This document shows positions 1-8,570 of a DNA stretch of 12,443 bases, in pieces. Within the stretch, counting starts at the first letter, position 1. Each line of letters opens with the position of its first letter. The DNA comes from Octopus sinensis (taxonomy: Eukaryota): assembly GCF_006345805.1 (NCBI RefSeq), contig NW_021826678.1, forward strand, positions 1 through 12,443, given 5' to 3'. A program made the translations under genes and the position numbers. The notes under the pieces were generated by a model, which worked only from the letters and a program-made list of their open reading frames with translations, was not told the DNA's origin and made no database searches.

Positions 1-144
1 CTGTATCACACTGAATCTCCCCAAGAACTACGTTAAGGGTACACATGTTTGTGGAGTGCTCAGCCGCTTGCACGGTAATTTTACGAGCAGCTGTTCCGTT
101 GGTCGTATCAGCTGGGACCCTCGTCGTCGCAACCGACGGAGTGC
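1..144 (+). mobile_element. 3' part of an interspersed repeat (probable SINE), copy 1, cut by the window edge
   Basis: Positions 28-144 align with 1061-1179 (CTACGTTAAGGGTACAC...CCCTCGTCGTCG.AACCG..GGAGTGC). A terminal stem-loop CTCGTCG..CGACGGAG is followed by a simple-repeat tail. The SINE call is inference. Confidence 0.65.
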
Positions 145-160
145 TCCTCCTGTATGTATA

Positions 161-1054
161 TACGGGTGTGTGCTGGGTATTTGAGGACGTTTGATTAAAA
201 GAATATTACTCTCTTGAAACCAATTAAAAGGTTATTATTTCTTTCGATCCCCCATTGGCAGATAACACAAGGAATGAGAAGACCGAGTGGCCATATTAGA
301 GAAAGACTATAATTCAGAAACTGCCAGGTTTCTAAATGTTGCAAGATCTTTTGTACAGAAAGTGTCGATGGAATCAGAGGACAATGGCGGAAATGTTTCA
401 GCTGTATCAAAGAAGAGACATTATTAGGACACCACAATTCATCTGGTTCAGAACATTATCAATGATGAGACCTGAAAATCAATGAAGGTATTGCTAAAAA
501 AAGTCAGAAATCAGAATGGTCTACCAGGACTGTAGTGCACGAAGATATCGATACAATTTGTATGCTATGAGGAGATGTAATTTCATATCTGCAAAGACAA
601 CAGGAAAACTGTTTAATCCGTACCAACTGGTTATTTAAGAAGGGTTAAAACCCTCAAGATTATGGAATGCATTGCTTCTTCCCAGATGAGAAAAACTTCA
701 ACCAAGAAGATATCGATACAATTTGTATGCTATGAGGAGATGTCATTTCATATCTGCAAAGACAATAGGAAAACTGTTTAATCAGTACCAACTGGTTATT
801 TAAGAAGGGTTAAAACCCTCATGATTATGGAAATGCATTGCTTCTTCTCAGATGAGAAAAACTTCAACCAAGACCAAAAATGTAACAGCAGAAATGACAG
901 ATGGTTCTGTACAGATCTTTTACTAATGCATCTTAGAGCGATGCACATTAAGTTTCCAGCAATTGTGAAGGTTTTAGGAGCGGTGAGTAGCGAAGGTCAT
1001 GTAATGCTGCCTCCCATCTTTCCACTGGATCATAAGATTAATGCTATTGTATAG
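161..1054 (+). pseudogene. Decayed Tc1/mariner transposase, maT/DD37D-like, 3'-truncated
   Basis: Frameshifted pieces translate as NSETARFLNVARSFVQKV (from 311, HTH-like), DIIRTPQFI, SEWSTRTVVHEDI/RYNLYAMRR, and FFSDEKNFNQDQKCNSRNDRW...KFPAIVKVLGAVSSEGHVMLPPIF...KINA. The last segment has the first catalytic Asp in FSDEKxF, an NSxNDR motif and a PxxVMVWGxVSxxG-like block. There is a possible left end TA|CGGGTG at 161-168. The second and third catalytic residues are absent. Confidence 0.85.
541..871 (+). repeat. Direct tandem duplication, 165 + 166 bp, inside the transposase relic
   Basis: 541-705 and 706-871 both run GAAGATATCGATACAATTTG...GATGAGAAAAACTTCAACCAA, differing by a few substitutions and one 1-nt indel. 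Confidence 0.97.
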
Positions 1055-1060
1055 CTTCAG

Positions 1061-1179
1061 CTACGTTAAGGGTACACGTGTCTGTGGAGTGCTCAGCCTC
1101 TTGCACCTTAATTTCAAGAGGAGGCTGTTCCGTTGATTAGACCACCTGTAACCCTCGTCGTCGTAACCGGTGGAGTGCC
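1061..1179 (+). mobile_element. 3' part of the same probable SINE, copy 2
   Basis: Direct repeat of 28-144, followed by (TATG)n. Confidence 0.65.
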
Positions 1180-1186
1180 GTAATTA

Positions 1187-1358
1187 TCTATGTGTATGTT
1201 TGTATGTATGTATGTATGTATGTATGTATGTATGTATGTATGTATGTATGCATGTATGTATATTAATCTCTCTCTCACCGTATATTATACATACATACAT
1301 ACATACATACATACATACATACATACATACATACATACATACATACATACATACATAC
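1187..1358. repeat. (TATG)n and (CATA)n microsatellites in inverted orientation
   Basis: (TATG)n at about 1187-1260, a short spacer, then (ATAC)n at 1287-1358. Confidence 0.97.
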
Positions 1359-1393
1359 TTATATATGATCTCTGACTTCTGGCCGGAATCAGA

Positions 1394-1600
1394 TCGCCAT
1401 GTTGAATCGCTAGCTTCTGTACGCATTTTTTCTCTCCTTGTTTCTCTCCGTGTTTCTTTTCTGGGTATCTTTCTGTTGAAGAGCGTAGGCTCGAAACGTA
1501 AAAGACTTGTTTTATTTATATTCCTGAGCGCCATACTAATACATTGTTTGTTTGTACTCCACCTGCCTTCGTCTTTGTTTTATTTTCATAAAGCTTCCCG

Positions 1601-1601
<1 letters not shown>
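1394..1601 (+). mobile_element. Short non-coding PLE-pLTR-like repeat carrying a hammerhead-like motif (family A, copy 1)
   Basis: Reverse-complement homolog at 8096-8287. It contains a hammerhead-like fold at 1468-1505 and abuts (TA)n at 1602. Confidence 0.7.
1468..1505 (+). ncRNA. Minimal type-I hammerhead-like motif with variant core CUGUUGA
   Basis: TCTTT | CTGTTGA | A GAGC GTAG GCTC | GAAAC GT A | AAAGA. Stem I is UCUUU/AAAGA, stem II is GAGC/GCUC, stem III is the palindromic ACGU, and the GUA site is at 1498-1500. The core has U in place of conserved A6. Confidence 0.6.
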
Positions 1602-1647
<46 letters not shown>

Positions 1648-1701
1648 CGATATATAATATATATATATTATTAGATATATATATCTATATATATATATAT
1701 G

Positions 1702-1738
<37 letters not shown>
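1602..1738. repeat. (TA)n microsatellite, interrupted
   Basis: Direct reading of the sequence. Confidence 0.97.
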
Positions 1739-1742
<4 letters not shown>

Positions 1743-1955
1743 GGCAACACATAGCATAAGCCATTGTAAGTATTCAACACTCGCCAATCTGCTTTTGCTT
1801 TTTATCCTTATCCATGTCATTATCAGCAGTTCCCCTATTTTTAACATTACATCTCTCTAAACTCTCATTAACGTCAGTAATAATGTGTTTCCCGCAAACT
1901 GTCTCACACACAACAACACTTAGTAGCTTGACTTTCGTCGTATATATAAGTAAAC

Positions 1956-1998
<43 letters not shown>

Positions 1999-1999
1999 G

Positions 2000-2041
<42 letters not shown>

Positions 2042-2070
2042 TTATATGTATGCGTATGTGTGTGTGTATT
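1956..2070. repeat. Compound (TA)n(TG)n microsatellite
   Basis: Direct reading of the sequence. Confidence 0.97.
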
Positions 2071-2246
2071 TAAGTTCTTATCTCGAGGCATGTCTAATTA
2101 GGTATATGGAATGCTATCAGTTGATAAAGTCTGTTTACTTGAAATTAGCAGTTGATTGTTGTTTGTAAGAAGTCAAAAACAAGATATTGTTTGTCTCTTC
2201 TGCAAGAGTTTCTCTTATTCTCCAGATCTCATTACAAGGGAACGCA

Positions 2247-2445
2247 TCATGCATACATTACATACATACATGCATACATACATACATAACATACATACAT
2301 ACATACATGCATATATACATGCATACATGAATACATACATACATTATGCATACATACATACACTGATACATACATACACACAAATACATAAATACATACA
2401 TACATAGATACACATACATACATATATATATACATATATATACAC
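2247..2445. repeat. Degenerate (CATA)n/(TA)n simple repeat
   Basis: Direct reading of the sequence. Confidence 0.95.
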
Positions 2446-2590
2446 GGCGTACGTTTAATCTGGCACTTAGTCTGGACTGCCCTTCTAACCAGGGCCTACG
2501 TTTAATCCGGATCTTTGGCTACACTGCTATCCTCCACGGCCTACGTTTAATCCAGCACTTAGGCTAGACTACCTTCCGAGCATTAAACGG
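2446..2590 (+). repeat. Three diverged 45-47 bp tandem units
   Basis: GGC(C/G)TACGTTTAATC starts at 2446, 2493 and 2538. Units 1 and 3 share GCACTTAG.CT.GACT. An inverted copy of the core, CATTAAACG, lies at 2581-2589. Confidence 0.9.
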
Positions 2591-2862
2591 ACTTCCAAGA
2601 AAAGGAAGAAGGATTTCTTGGAAATTTCCGAGGGTGTGAGTTCCAAAATTGGGATAGTGTCTCTGGAAATTTTTGAGGGTGTGAGGGACTCCTGAAAAGT
2701 TCCGAGAATGAAGTGGTCTTCCTGGAAAGTTCCCATGAGAGGAGGTATTTCGTGTGGCACTGACTTCCTTGAAATTTCCGAGGGGTGGACGGCTTTCGGG
2801 AAGGTTCCCATGATGTGATGTATTTCCTGGGGAACGAACTTCCTGGAAAGTTCCGGGGAAGG
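2591..2862 (+). repeat. Diverged minisatellite built on TTCC(T)GGAAA(G/T)TTCC, with about 75-bp higher-order period
   Basis: Motif anchors at about 2621, 2666, 2695, 2725, 2771, 2800 and 2846 give spacings of 45, 29, 30, 46, 29 and 46. TTCCCATGA..G..GTATTTC recurs at about 2730 and 2805. Confidence 0.85.
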
Positions 2863-2939
2863 ACAAATAAAGTCCTGCCAAGCATTTTGCTCGTCAGGCT
2901 AATGATTCTGCCAGTTCGCCACCTTTGTAAATTCCAACT

Positions 2940-2976
2940 ATACATACATATATATAATTAATATATATATATATAT

Positions 2977-3028
<52 letters not shown>
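2940..3028. repeat. (TA)n microsatellite
   Basis: Direct reading of the sequence. Confidence 0.97.
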
Positions 3029-3030
<2 letters not shown>

Positions 3031-3107
3031 CTTTATTTTAAGCAGCAGAAAATTCAACAAAATCTGTTACTCTGAGTTTCTCGTTGCCGTTCATCAGACA
3101 GTTTTGC
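3029..3107 (-). mobile_element. PLE-pLTR-like repeat (family B) abutting (TA)n
   Basis: CTTTATTTTAAGCAGCAGAAA...GACAGTTTTG aligns with about 9096-9170. Confidence 0.7.
3059..3105 (-). ncRNA. Minimal type-I hammerhead ribozyme with intact canonical core
   Basis: Minus strand: AAAACTGT | CTGATGA | A CG GCAA CG A | GAAAC TC A GA GT A | ACAG A TTTT. Stem I is AAAA-CUGU/ACAG-A-UUUU, stem II has a GNRA loop, stem III is near-palindromic, and predicted cleavage after GUA is between 3068 and 3067. Confidence 0.85.
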
Positions 3108-4169
3108 TAGAATGGAACCGATGTATCAATTCAATCTAGACTCTTACAAAAGCTACACCTTAAAAAGAAGGACTTGTTTGATGGCCCTTTAGAAAAAAAC
3201 GGTCAATCTTCGAGCGATAAACAAAAAGGTCAAAAATATATGTATATATATATAAAAAAAAAAATTATAAAAAAAATTATAAAATCCGAGGAAAAAACCT
3301 TACATTGAATAAAATACATATTGACGTTAATGAAGAAAGTATAAATTAATTCATAGGAATTAAACCTGTTATAAATATTACACTGCAATACATATTTTTT
3401 ATTAAAATGTGCATATATATATCAACATACACAAAAGGATGCGCGCCAACGCCATACATATACAGACGTATGAATATAAATCTAATATACACATAAATGC
3501 ATGTGTACATATATTCACGCAACCATCTCGCACGCAAGTTAAAATCATGTATGTAGCGATTCTCATATACTGAGTAAGGGGGGGGGGACGAAAGAAAGGA
3601 AGAGAGAGAAAAAGGAACGAAGGAGGGGTGGGGAAAAAACGAAATAAGAAAAAATTATGTATACAATCTGTGTAACGGCATTATTGGCATATATGGAGAC
3701 AAGTATACAAACAAGTTCGAATGGATACATACACATACAGTCGTGTATATGTGTGCTTAAGCACAAACATACTCTCACTTACACATACACAGATACGCAT
3801 GCTTACAAATACATATCCTCGGTTATACACATACTTACATCAACATTCTAATTTTGACAACATTGCTTTTTTTAAAAAAACATTGCTTTTTTTTAAAAGA
3901 ATGGGTGCATTAATAAAAATATATACGAAAGACATATAAAATAAAATATAACACCCTATTTTGGATCATTTATAAATAATCAAGGTAATCCTATACAATA
4001 CAATAACCTGAAAACAGGGTCGAAGGTTTTTCCTGATGTATATGTAGAAACATAAGACTTTGCTATACGGATTAAGATCCGCATAGCTTGGAAACAAAAT
4101 CCATCGTAACGCTCATCGTTCAAGAGTCAAAATCAAAATTTCAAAAATCAAAAATACAAAATATATACT

Positions 4170-5335
4170 CTATCCATATGGTATATTTATATTCGACATT
4201 TTAAATTTAGCCGCGTGCCTACATAAGTTCATTAGCTCACTTCTTTGATTCAAAGAATTATTGTCTTTGAATAAGATGTACATTTTTTCTAATAGACAAA
4301 GCTTGCACTTGAAATTATTTTTGTATGCTCCATGCCTGTATGGTGCCGCCTGTCCAGAATGCTCCATGTCACGTTGAAAGGTGGGGCTTCCTTTTCTTTT
4401 AGTTCCCAGACATATTTTGCTAGGCTGGTCCTCTTCCTATTCTCTGGTATTTAAATGAATTTTTATGAGAATAAAATCTTGTTTTAAATGAATTTTCTGA
4501 AGCCCCTGTGTATGTCTTGTATTCTGATGAGCCTTCCACTTGCACCTTGGCTCTATAAACTACTCCTTTCACTAGAGATTTCCCTTCTAACGGACAGGAG
4601 CTTTCGTTTTTGAAATTGCATTTCTTAATGGGCTCGGCACCATGTCTAATCTCAATTAGCTTCCAATTATGTTGGCTAATGTAAGAGGCGAAATTTCTGC
4701 AACAAGAATAGCTAACCTTCAGGGTTCTTCTATTAAAAATCCTATAGAATTTATGACCCTGCTTAAAATGCTTAGAGACTAATCTCAAAAATTCCTTACC
4801 TATATTAGTCTTTACGGCCAAATTGAAAGCCGGTTTGAACCACAAAACTTTCCTGGTCCTAGTTCTTCGTGCAGCATTATTATCAGCATTAAGCTGGTTG
4901 AAACTGGATCTTCTCAGAGAATCCACTATTCTTTAATGCGCTATCGTAATAAGTGTGCAGCATTATGGAATGCTGCCTCGTCCGAAGAAATTGAAGATAT
5001 TCTTCTACCTACATTGCTGACTAAGTTCCTAAGGATAACTGGTGGATGGTTCGAATCTTTGCTAATATACGATAGCTTTTCATTGGGCTTACGGAAAGGT
5101 TTAAATCTATCCGATCTTACATTAAAATTTACGTCTAAAAAATCTACACTATTTCAGGTTAGCATCTATCGTAACCCGCGCCCATCCTTTGAAAGAAAGC
5201 TATGAGGTCCTTCCTAAGTCTATCTGATTCATGGCCGTTTAGATTATGCGTGGCTATAAGGCCGTCATCCCTATATAAACCTGCATCTATAAAAGGGAAT
5301 TCTATTTTTAGATTATGGAGAATAAAATGTATATG
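4170..5335 (-). pseudogene. Penelope-like retroelement ORF (RT C-terminal half plus GIY-YIG endonuclease), 5'-truncated and frameshifted
   Basis: GLYRDDGL (YRDDG at 5275-5261); VDFLDVNF...KPFRKPN...YISKDSNHPPVILRNL...RRISSISS; WFKPAFNLAVKTNIGKEFL...IFNRRTLKVSYSC; GIY-YIG-like VVYRAKV...KTYTGASENSFKTRFYSHKNSF; and C-terminal CKLCLLEK...LNQRSELMNLCRH. Several frameshifts and stops are present. Confidence 0.93.
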
Positions 5336-5400
5336 CTGGGTCAATGCCTTGAATAATTTATAGCCGAATGTTATCGATCCCAGATGTTTTTTTAAATTCT

Positions 5401-5741
5401 GGTATTTATTCTCTTGTTCTCTTTTGCCGAACTGTTAAGTTATGTGAGACACACACCAACAGCGGTTGTCACGCGGTGGAGGAGGGACAAACACAGACAC
5501 ACATACAAAGATATATAAATACATATATATACACATATATACATAACATACAGATACATACATACATACATACATACATACATACATACACGACGGGCTT
5601 GTTTCAGTTTCTGTCTACCAAATCCACTCACAAGGCTTTGGCCGTCCCGAGGACATAGTAGAAGACACTTGCTCAAGGTCTCGTGCATTAGGACTGAACC
5701 CTGAACTATGTGGTTGGGAAGCAAACTTCTTACCACAAAGC

Positions 5742-5744
<3 letters not shown>
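5401..5744 (-). mobile_element. tRNA-derived SINE (octopus OK-like): head, internal microsatellite and partial tail
   Basis: Minus-strand head GTGGCTTTGTGGTAAG (A-box-like)...GGTTCAGTCC (B-box-like)...CCTTGAGCAAGTGTC runs 5744-5591. Simple repeats follow, then a tail (5500-5401) homologous to 5880-5970. The family name is recalled, not searched. Confidence 0.8.
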
Positions 5745-5782
<38 letters not shown>

Positions 5783-5869
5783 GTATGTATATGTATGTAT
5801 ATGTATATATATATGCATAATATATGTATGTATGTATATATGTATATATATACGTGTGTTTGTGTATGT

Positions 5870-6069
5870 GTGTGTGTGTTCACCCAACATCGCTTGACAA
5901 CCGATGCTGGTGAGTTTACGTCCCCGTCACTTAGCGGTTCGGCAAAAGAGACCGATAGAATAAGTACTAGGCTTACAAAGAATAAGTCTTGGGGTCGATT
6001 TGCTCGACTAAAGGCGGTGCTCCAGCATGGCCACAATCAAATGACTGAAACAAGTAAAAGAGTAAAAGA
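5870..6069 (+). mobile_element. 3' half of the same SINE family, head missing
   Basis: CAACATCGCTTGACAACCGATGCTGG...CGGTTCGGCAAAAGAGACCGATAGAATAAGTAC...CTCCAGCATGGCC...GAAACAAGTAAAAGAGTAAAAGA. It is homologous to 5401-5480 and 10675-10915 in inverse orientation. Confidence 0.8.
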
Positions 6070-6070
6070 T

Positions 6071-6121
<51 letters not shown>

Positions 6122-6133
6122 CACAGACACACA

Positions 6134-6178
<45 letters not shown>

Positions 6179-6180
6179 TT
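6068..6180. repeat. (CA)n(TA)n microsatellite
   Basis: Direct reading of the sequence. Confidence 0.97.
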
Positions 6181-6688
6181 ACCTATGATTGTTGTTGACT
6201 ACATAACATTCAAACATTTATCACATAAATTCCATCCGAAATTAATCACAACAACAACGACAACAACAAAATTCCATAACAAAAAGAAACAAAGTAATAA
6301 CAGTTACCCCCCCCCCCCTCCTCAGCCAAATTTTTGACTCTGAGATAACCGTTACGCCATAATATACGTCGGCGTCGCCTTTCTCTAAAACAGTAATCTA
6401 AAGACTTCTTAAATACAGCGATAACGTGCACCTCCTGCCCAACCCCTCCACCGTTCAGTCATTCTTGTTATATCGGTCGCGCCTCTCGCCCTTGCCGGCC
6501 AGCCAGCCAGCCAGCCAGCCGACCGGCTAACAAGCCAACCAGTCTGCGAGACAACTACACTTCAGGACCCTTCAGTCTGCAGGAACAATGATGGTTTTGG
6601 TTCGTGTATCGCAATTGAGTAACTTATCTTCATATCTTTGTGTGGAAGCGTTTCAACGAGGAGGCGGCGGTGAGATGTAGGTGCACGT

Positions 6689-6709
6689 GGGAGGTGGGGT
6701 GGGTGGGGG
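6689..6709 (+). other. Putative G-quadruplex
   Basis: GGG AGGT GGGG T GGG T GGGGG has four G-tracts with loops of 4, 1 and 1 nt. Confidence 0.6.
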
Positions 6710-6858
6710 TGGATGGTGAAGCTGGGTTTGAGGTTGGCTGAAGGTATTTTACAGAGAGAAGTTATGTCTTCGGTCTTCGCTATGCCGTCTGTATGAATGT
6801 GTGTGTGTGCGTGTATGAGTGTGTGTGTGTGCGAGTGCATATATGTATACACACATAA

Positions 6859-7073
6859 GGCGGCGAGCTGGCAGAATCGTTAGCACGCCGGGCGAAATGC
6901 GTAGCCGTATTTCGTCTGCTGTTACGTTCTGAGTTCAAATTCCGCCGAGGTCGACTTTGCCTTTCATCCTTTCGGGGTCGATAAATAAAGTACCAGTTAT
7001 GTAATCGACTTCATCCGTTTGTCTGTCCTTATTTGTCCCCTCTGTGTTTAGCCCCTTGTGGGTAGTAAATAAA
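6859..7073 (+). mobile_element. tRNA-derived SINE with Deu/Nin-domain-like core
   Basis: A-box-like TGGCAGAATCGTTAG (6869), B-box GAGTTCAAATTCC (6931-6943), then GTCGACTTTGCCTTTCATCCTTTCGGGGTCGATAAA..AAGTACCAG. It ends in an A-rich/(TA)n tail. Confidence 0.8.
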
Positions 7074-7074
7074 T

Positions 7075-7189
7075 ATATATGTATACACACATACATACAT
7101 ATATATATATATATATGTGTGTGTATGTATGTATATGTATATATATATATATGTATTTGTATATAACAATGTTTAGTTTATACATATGC

Positions 7190-7232
<43 letters not shown>

Positions 7233-7262
7233 TGTGTGTGTGTGTGTGTGTGTTTATATAAT
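7075..7262. repeat. Compound (CATA)/(TA)n/(TG)n microsatellite
   Basis: Direct reading of the sequence. Confidence 0.95.
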
Positions 7263-7332
7263 ATATTGTTATTAATATAAGGAAATCAATATTAGATTTC
7301 AATAATATATTATATAAAATGTTGATTTGCAA

Positions 7333-7604
7333 TGGCCCAGTGGTTAGGGCAGCGGACTCGCGGTCGTAGGATCGCGGTTTCGATTCCCAGACCGGGCGTT
7401 GTGAGTGTAAATAGCTAAAAGCTCCACAAGGCTCCGACAGGGTGTGGTAATCCCTGCTGTACTCTTTCACCCACTCTTTCTTCTGTTGGCCTGCTCGCTT
7501 AGCCAGAGGGGTGGCGTCATTCGAAGGCTAAAACAATGCGAACGCATTGTGACCAGCGATGGGTAACTACATCTGATGGACTGGTCGGTCATGTGATCAT
7601 GTGA
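7333..7604 (+). mobile_element. tRNA(Arg)-like-headed SINE (octopus OR-like)
   Basis: TGGCCCAGTGGTTAG A-box, GCGGACTCGCGGTC anticodon-arm remnant (TCG), GGTTTCGATTCCC B-box, and a (CATGTGAT)2 tail. It is not a complete tRNA cloverleaf. Confidence 0.75.
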
Positions 7605-7839
7605 TTATATAAAATACATATAATCGCTCGTATTAAATACATAAATACTTTAATTGTATTACTACGTTAATACAACAGAGCACTCAATATAAATTCAGTA
7701 TATAATATTTTCATTGAATATATTTATCCAAAGATTTATATATATATATGCATATGTATAAATGATACAGTTTTATGCACAAATGTATATATACATACAC
7801 ACACACATACAAATACATTTATACACACACATATGTAGC

Positions 7840-8059
7840 ATATATATATCTTATATAATATAATATATATATCTTATATAATATAATATATATCTTATAT
7901 AAGATAATATATATATATATATATATATAATATAATATAATATACTAATATCTTTATATGATATAATATAATATTCTTATATAATATATATAATATATCT
8001 TATATAATATAATATTAATATATATATATTATAATATATATATATATATAATATCTATA

Positions 8060-8091
<32 letters not shown>

Positions 8092-8097
8092 TATATA
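7840..8097. repeat. AT-only low-complexity region with repeated TATATATCTTATATAATATAA units
   Basis: About three tandem units at 7842-7905, then degenerate (TA)n. Confidence 0.9.
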
Positions 8098-8285
8098 GGG
8101 AGAGTTACGAAAAAAAAAAACAAAAGACGAAGACAGGTGGGTACAAAACAACAGAAATGTATTAGTATAACGGTCAGGAATAGAAAAAGTCTTACTTTTC
8201 GAGCCTACGCTTTTCTACAGAAAGGGACACAGAAAAAACAAGGAGACGAAAAAAATGTGTCTAGTGGTTAACGATCTATCATAGC

Positions 8286-8287
<2 letters not shown>
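8096..8287 (-). mobile_element. Family A repeat, copy 2, with degenerate hammerhead-like motif (about 8190-8225)
   Basis: Reverse-complement homolog of 1394-1601. The minus strand reads TTT CTGTAGA A AAGC GTAG GCTC GAAAAGT A AGA. It is flanked on both sides by (TA)n. Confidence 0.7.
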
Positions 8288-8341
<54 letters not shown>

Positions 8342-8342
8342 G

Positions 8343-8426
8343 TTTTATTCCCATGCTGGCCACTTGATAAGATCGATATCTAAATATCGATCGTATCCTT
8401 ATTTAGAATATGTATATATGTATATA

Positions 8427-8486
<60 letters not shown>

Positions 8487-8570
8487 TATATATATACATA
8501 CATATTTATAATAAGGATAAGATCGATATTTAGATATCGATCTTATCAAGTGGCCAGCATGGGAATAAAA
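8343..8570. repeat. 61-bp inverted repeat enclosing a (TA)n array
   Basis: 8343-8403 and 8510-8570 are reverse complements with one mismatch. Each arm contains an internal hairpin GATAAGATCGATAT-NNNN-ATATCGATC. Confidence 0.95.

Noticed and set aside
2564-2945. Three overlapping minus-strand ORFs (105, 80 and 120 aa)
   Set aside because: They are by-products of the GGAAANTTCC minisatellite, with repetitive peptides and no domain signature.
3855-3898. Short duplication AACATTGCTTTTTTTAAAA x2
   Set aside because: It is a trivial slippage duplication in AT-rich DNA.
4523-4553. CTGATGA-GCC...GGC on the plus strand
   Set aside because: No GAAA follows the stem, and it is simply antisense to PLE codons (GSSEY).
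4936-5205. Plus-strand 89-aa ORF
   Set aside because: It is the antisense shadow of the PLE RT thumb region.
6035-6069. SINE tail GAAACAAGTAAAAGA resembling hammerhead stem III plus GUA
   Set aside because: There is no CUGANGA core upstream, so it is better explained as a SINE 3' stem-loop and tail.
7333-7395. Possible tRNA-Arg gene
   Set aside because: It has A and B boxes but no acceptor stem, and it continues into SINE body sequence.
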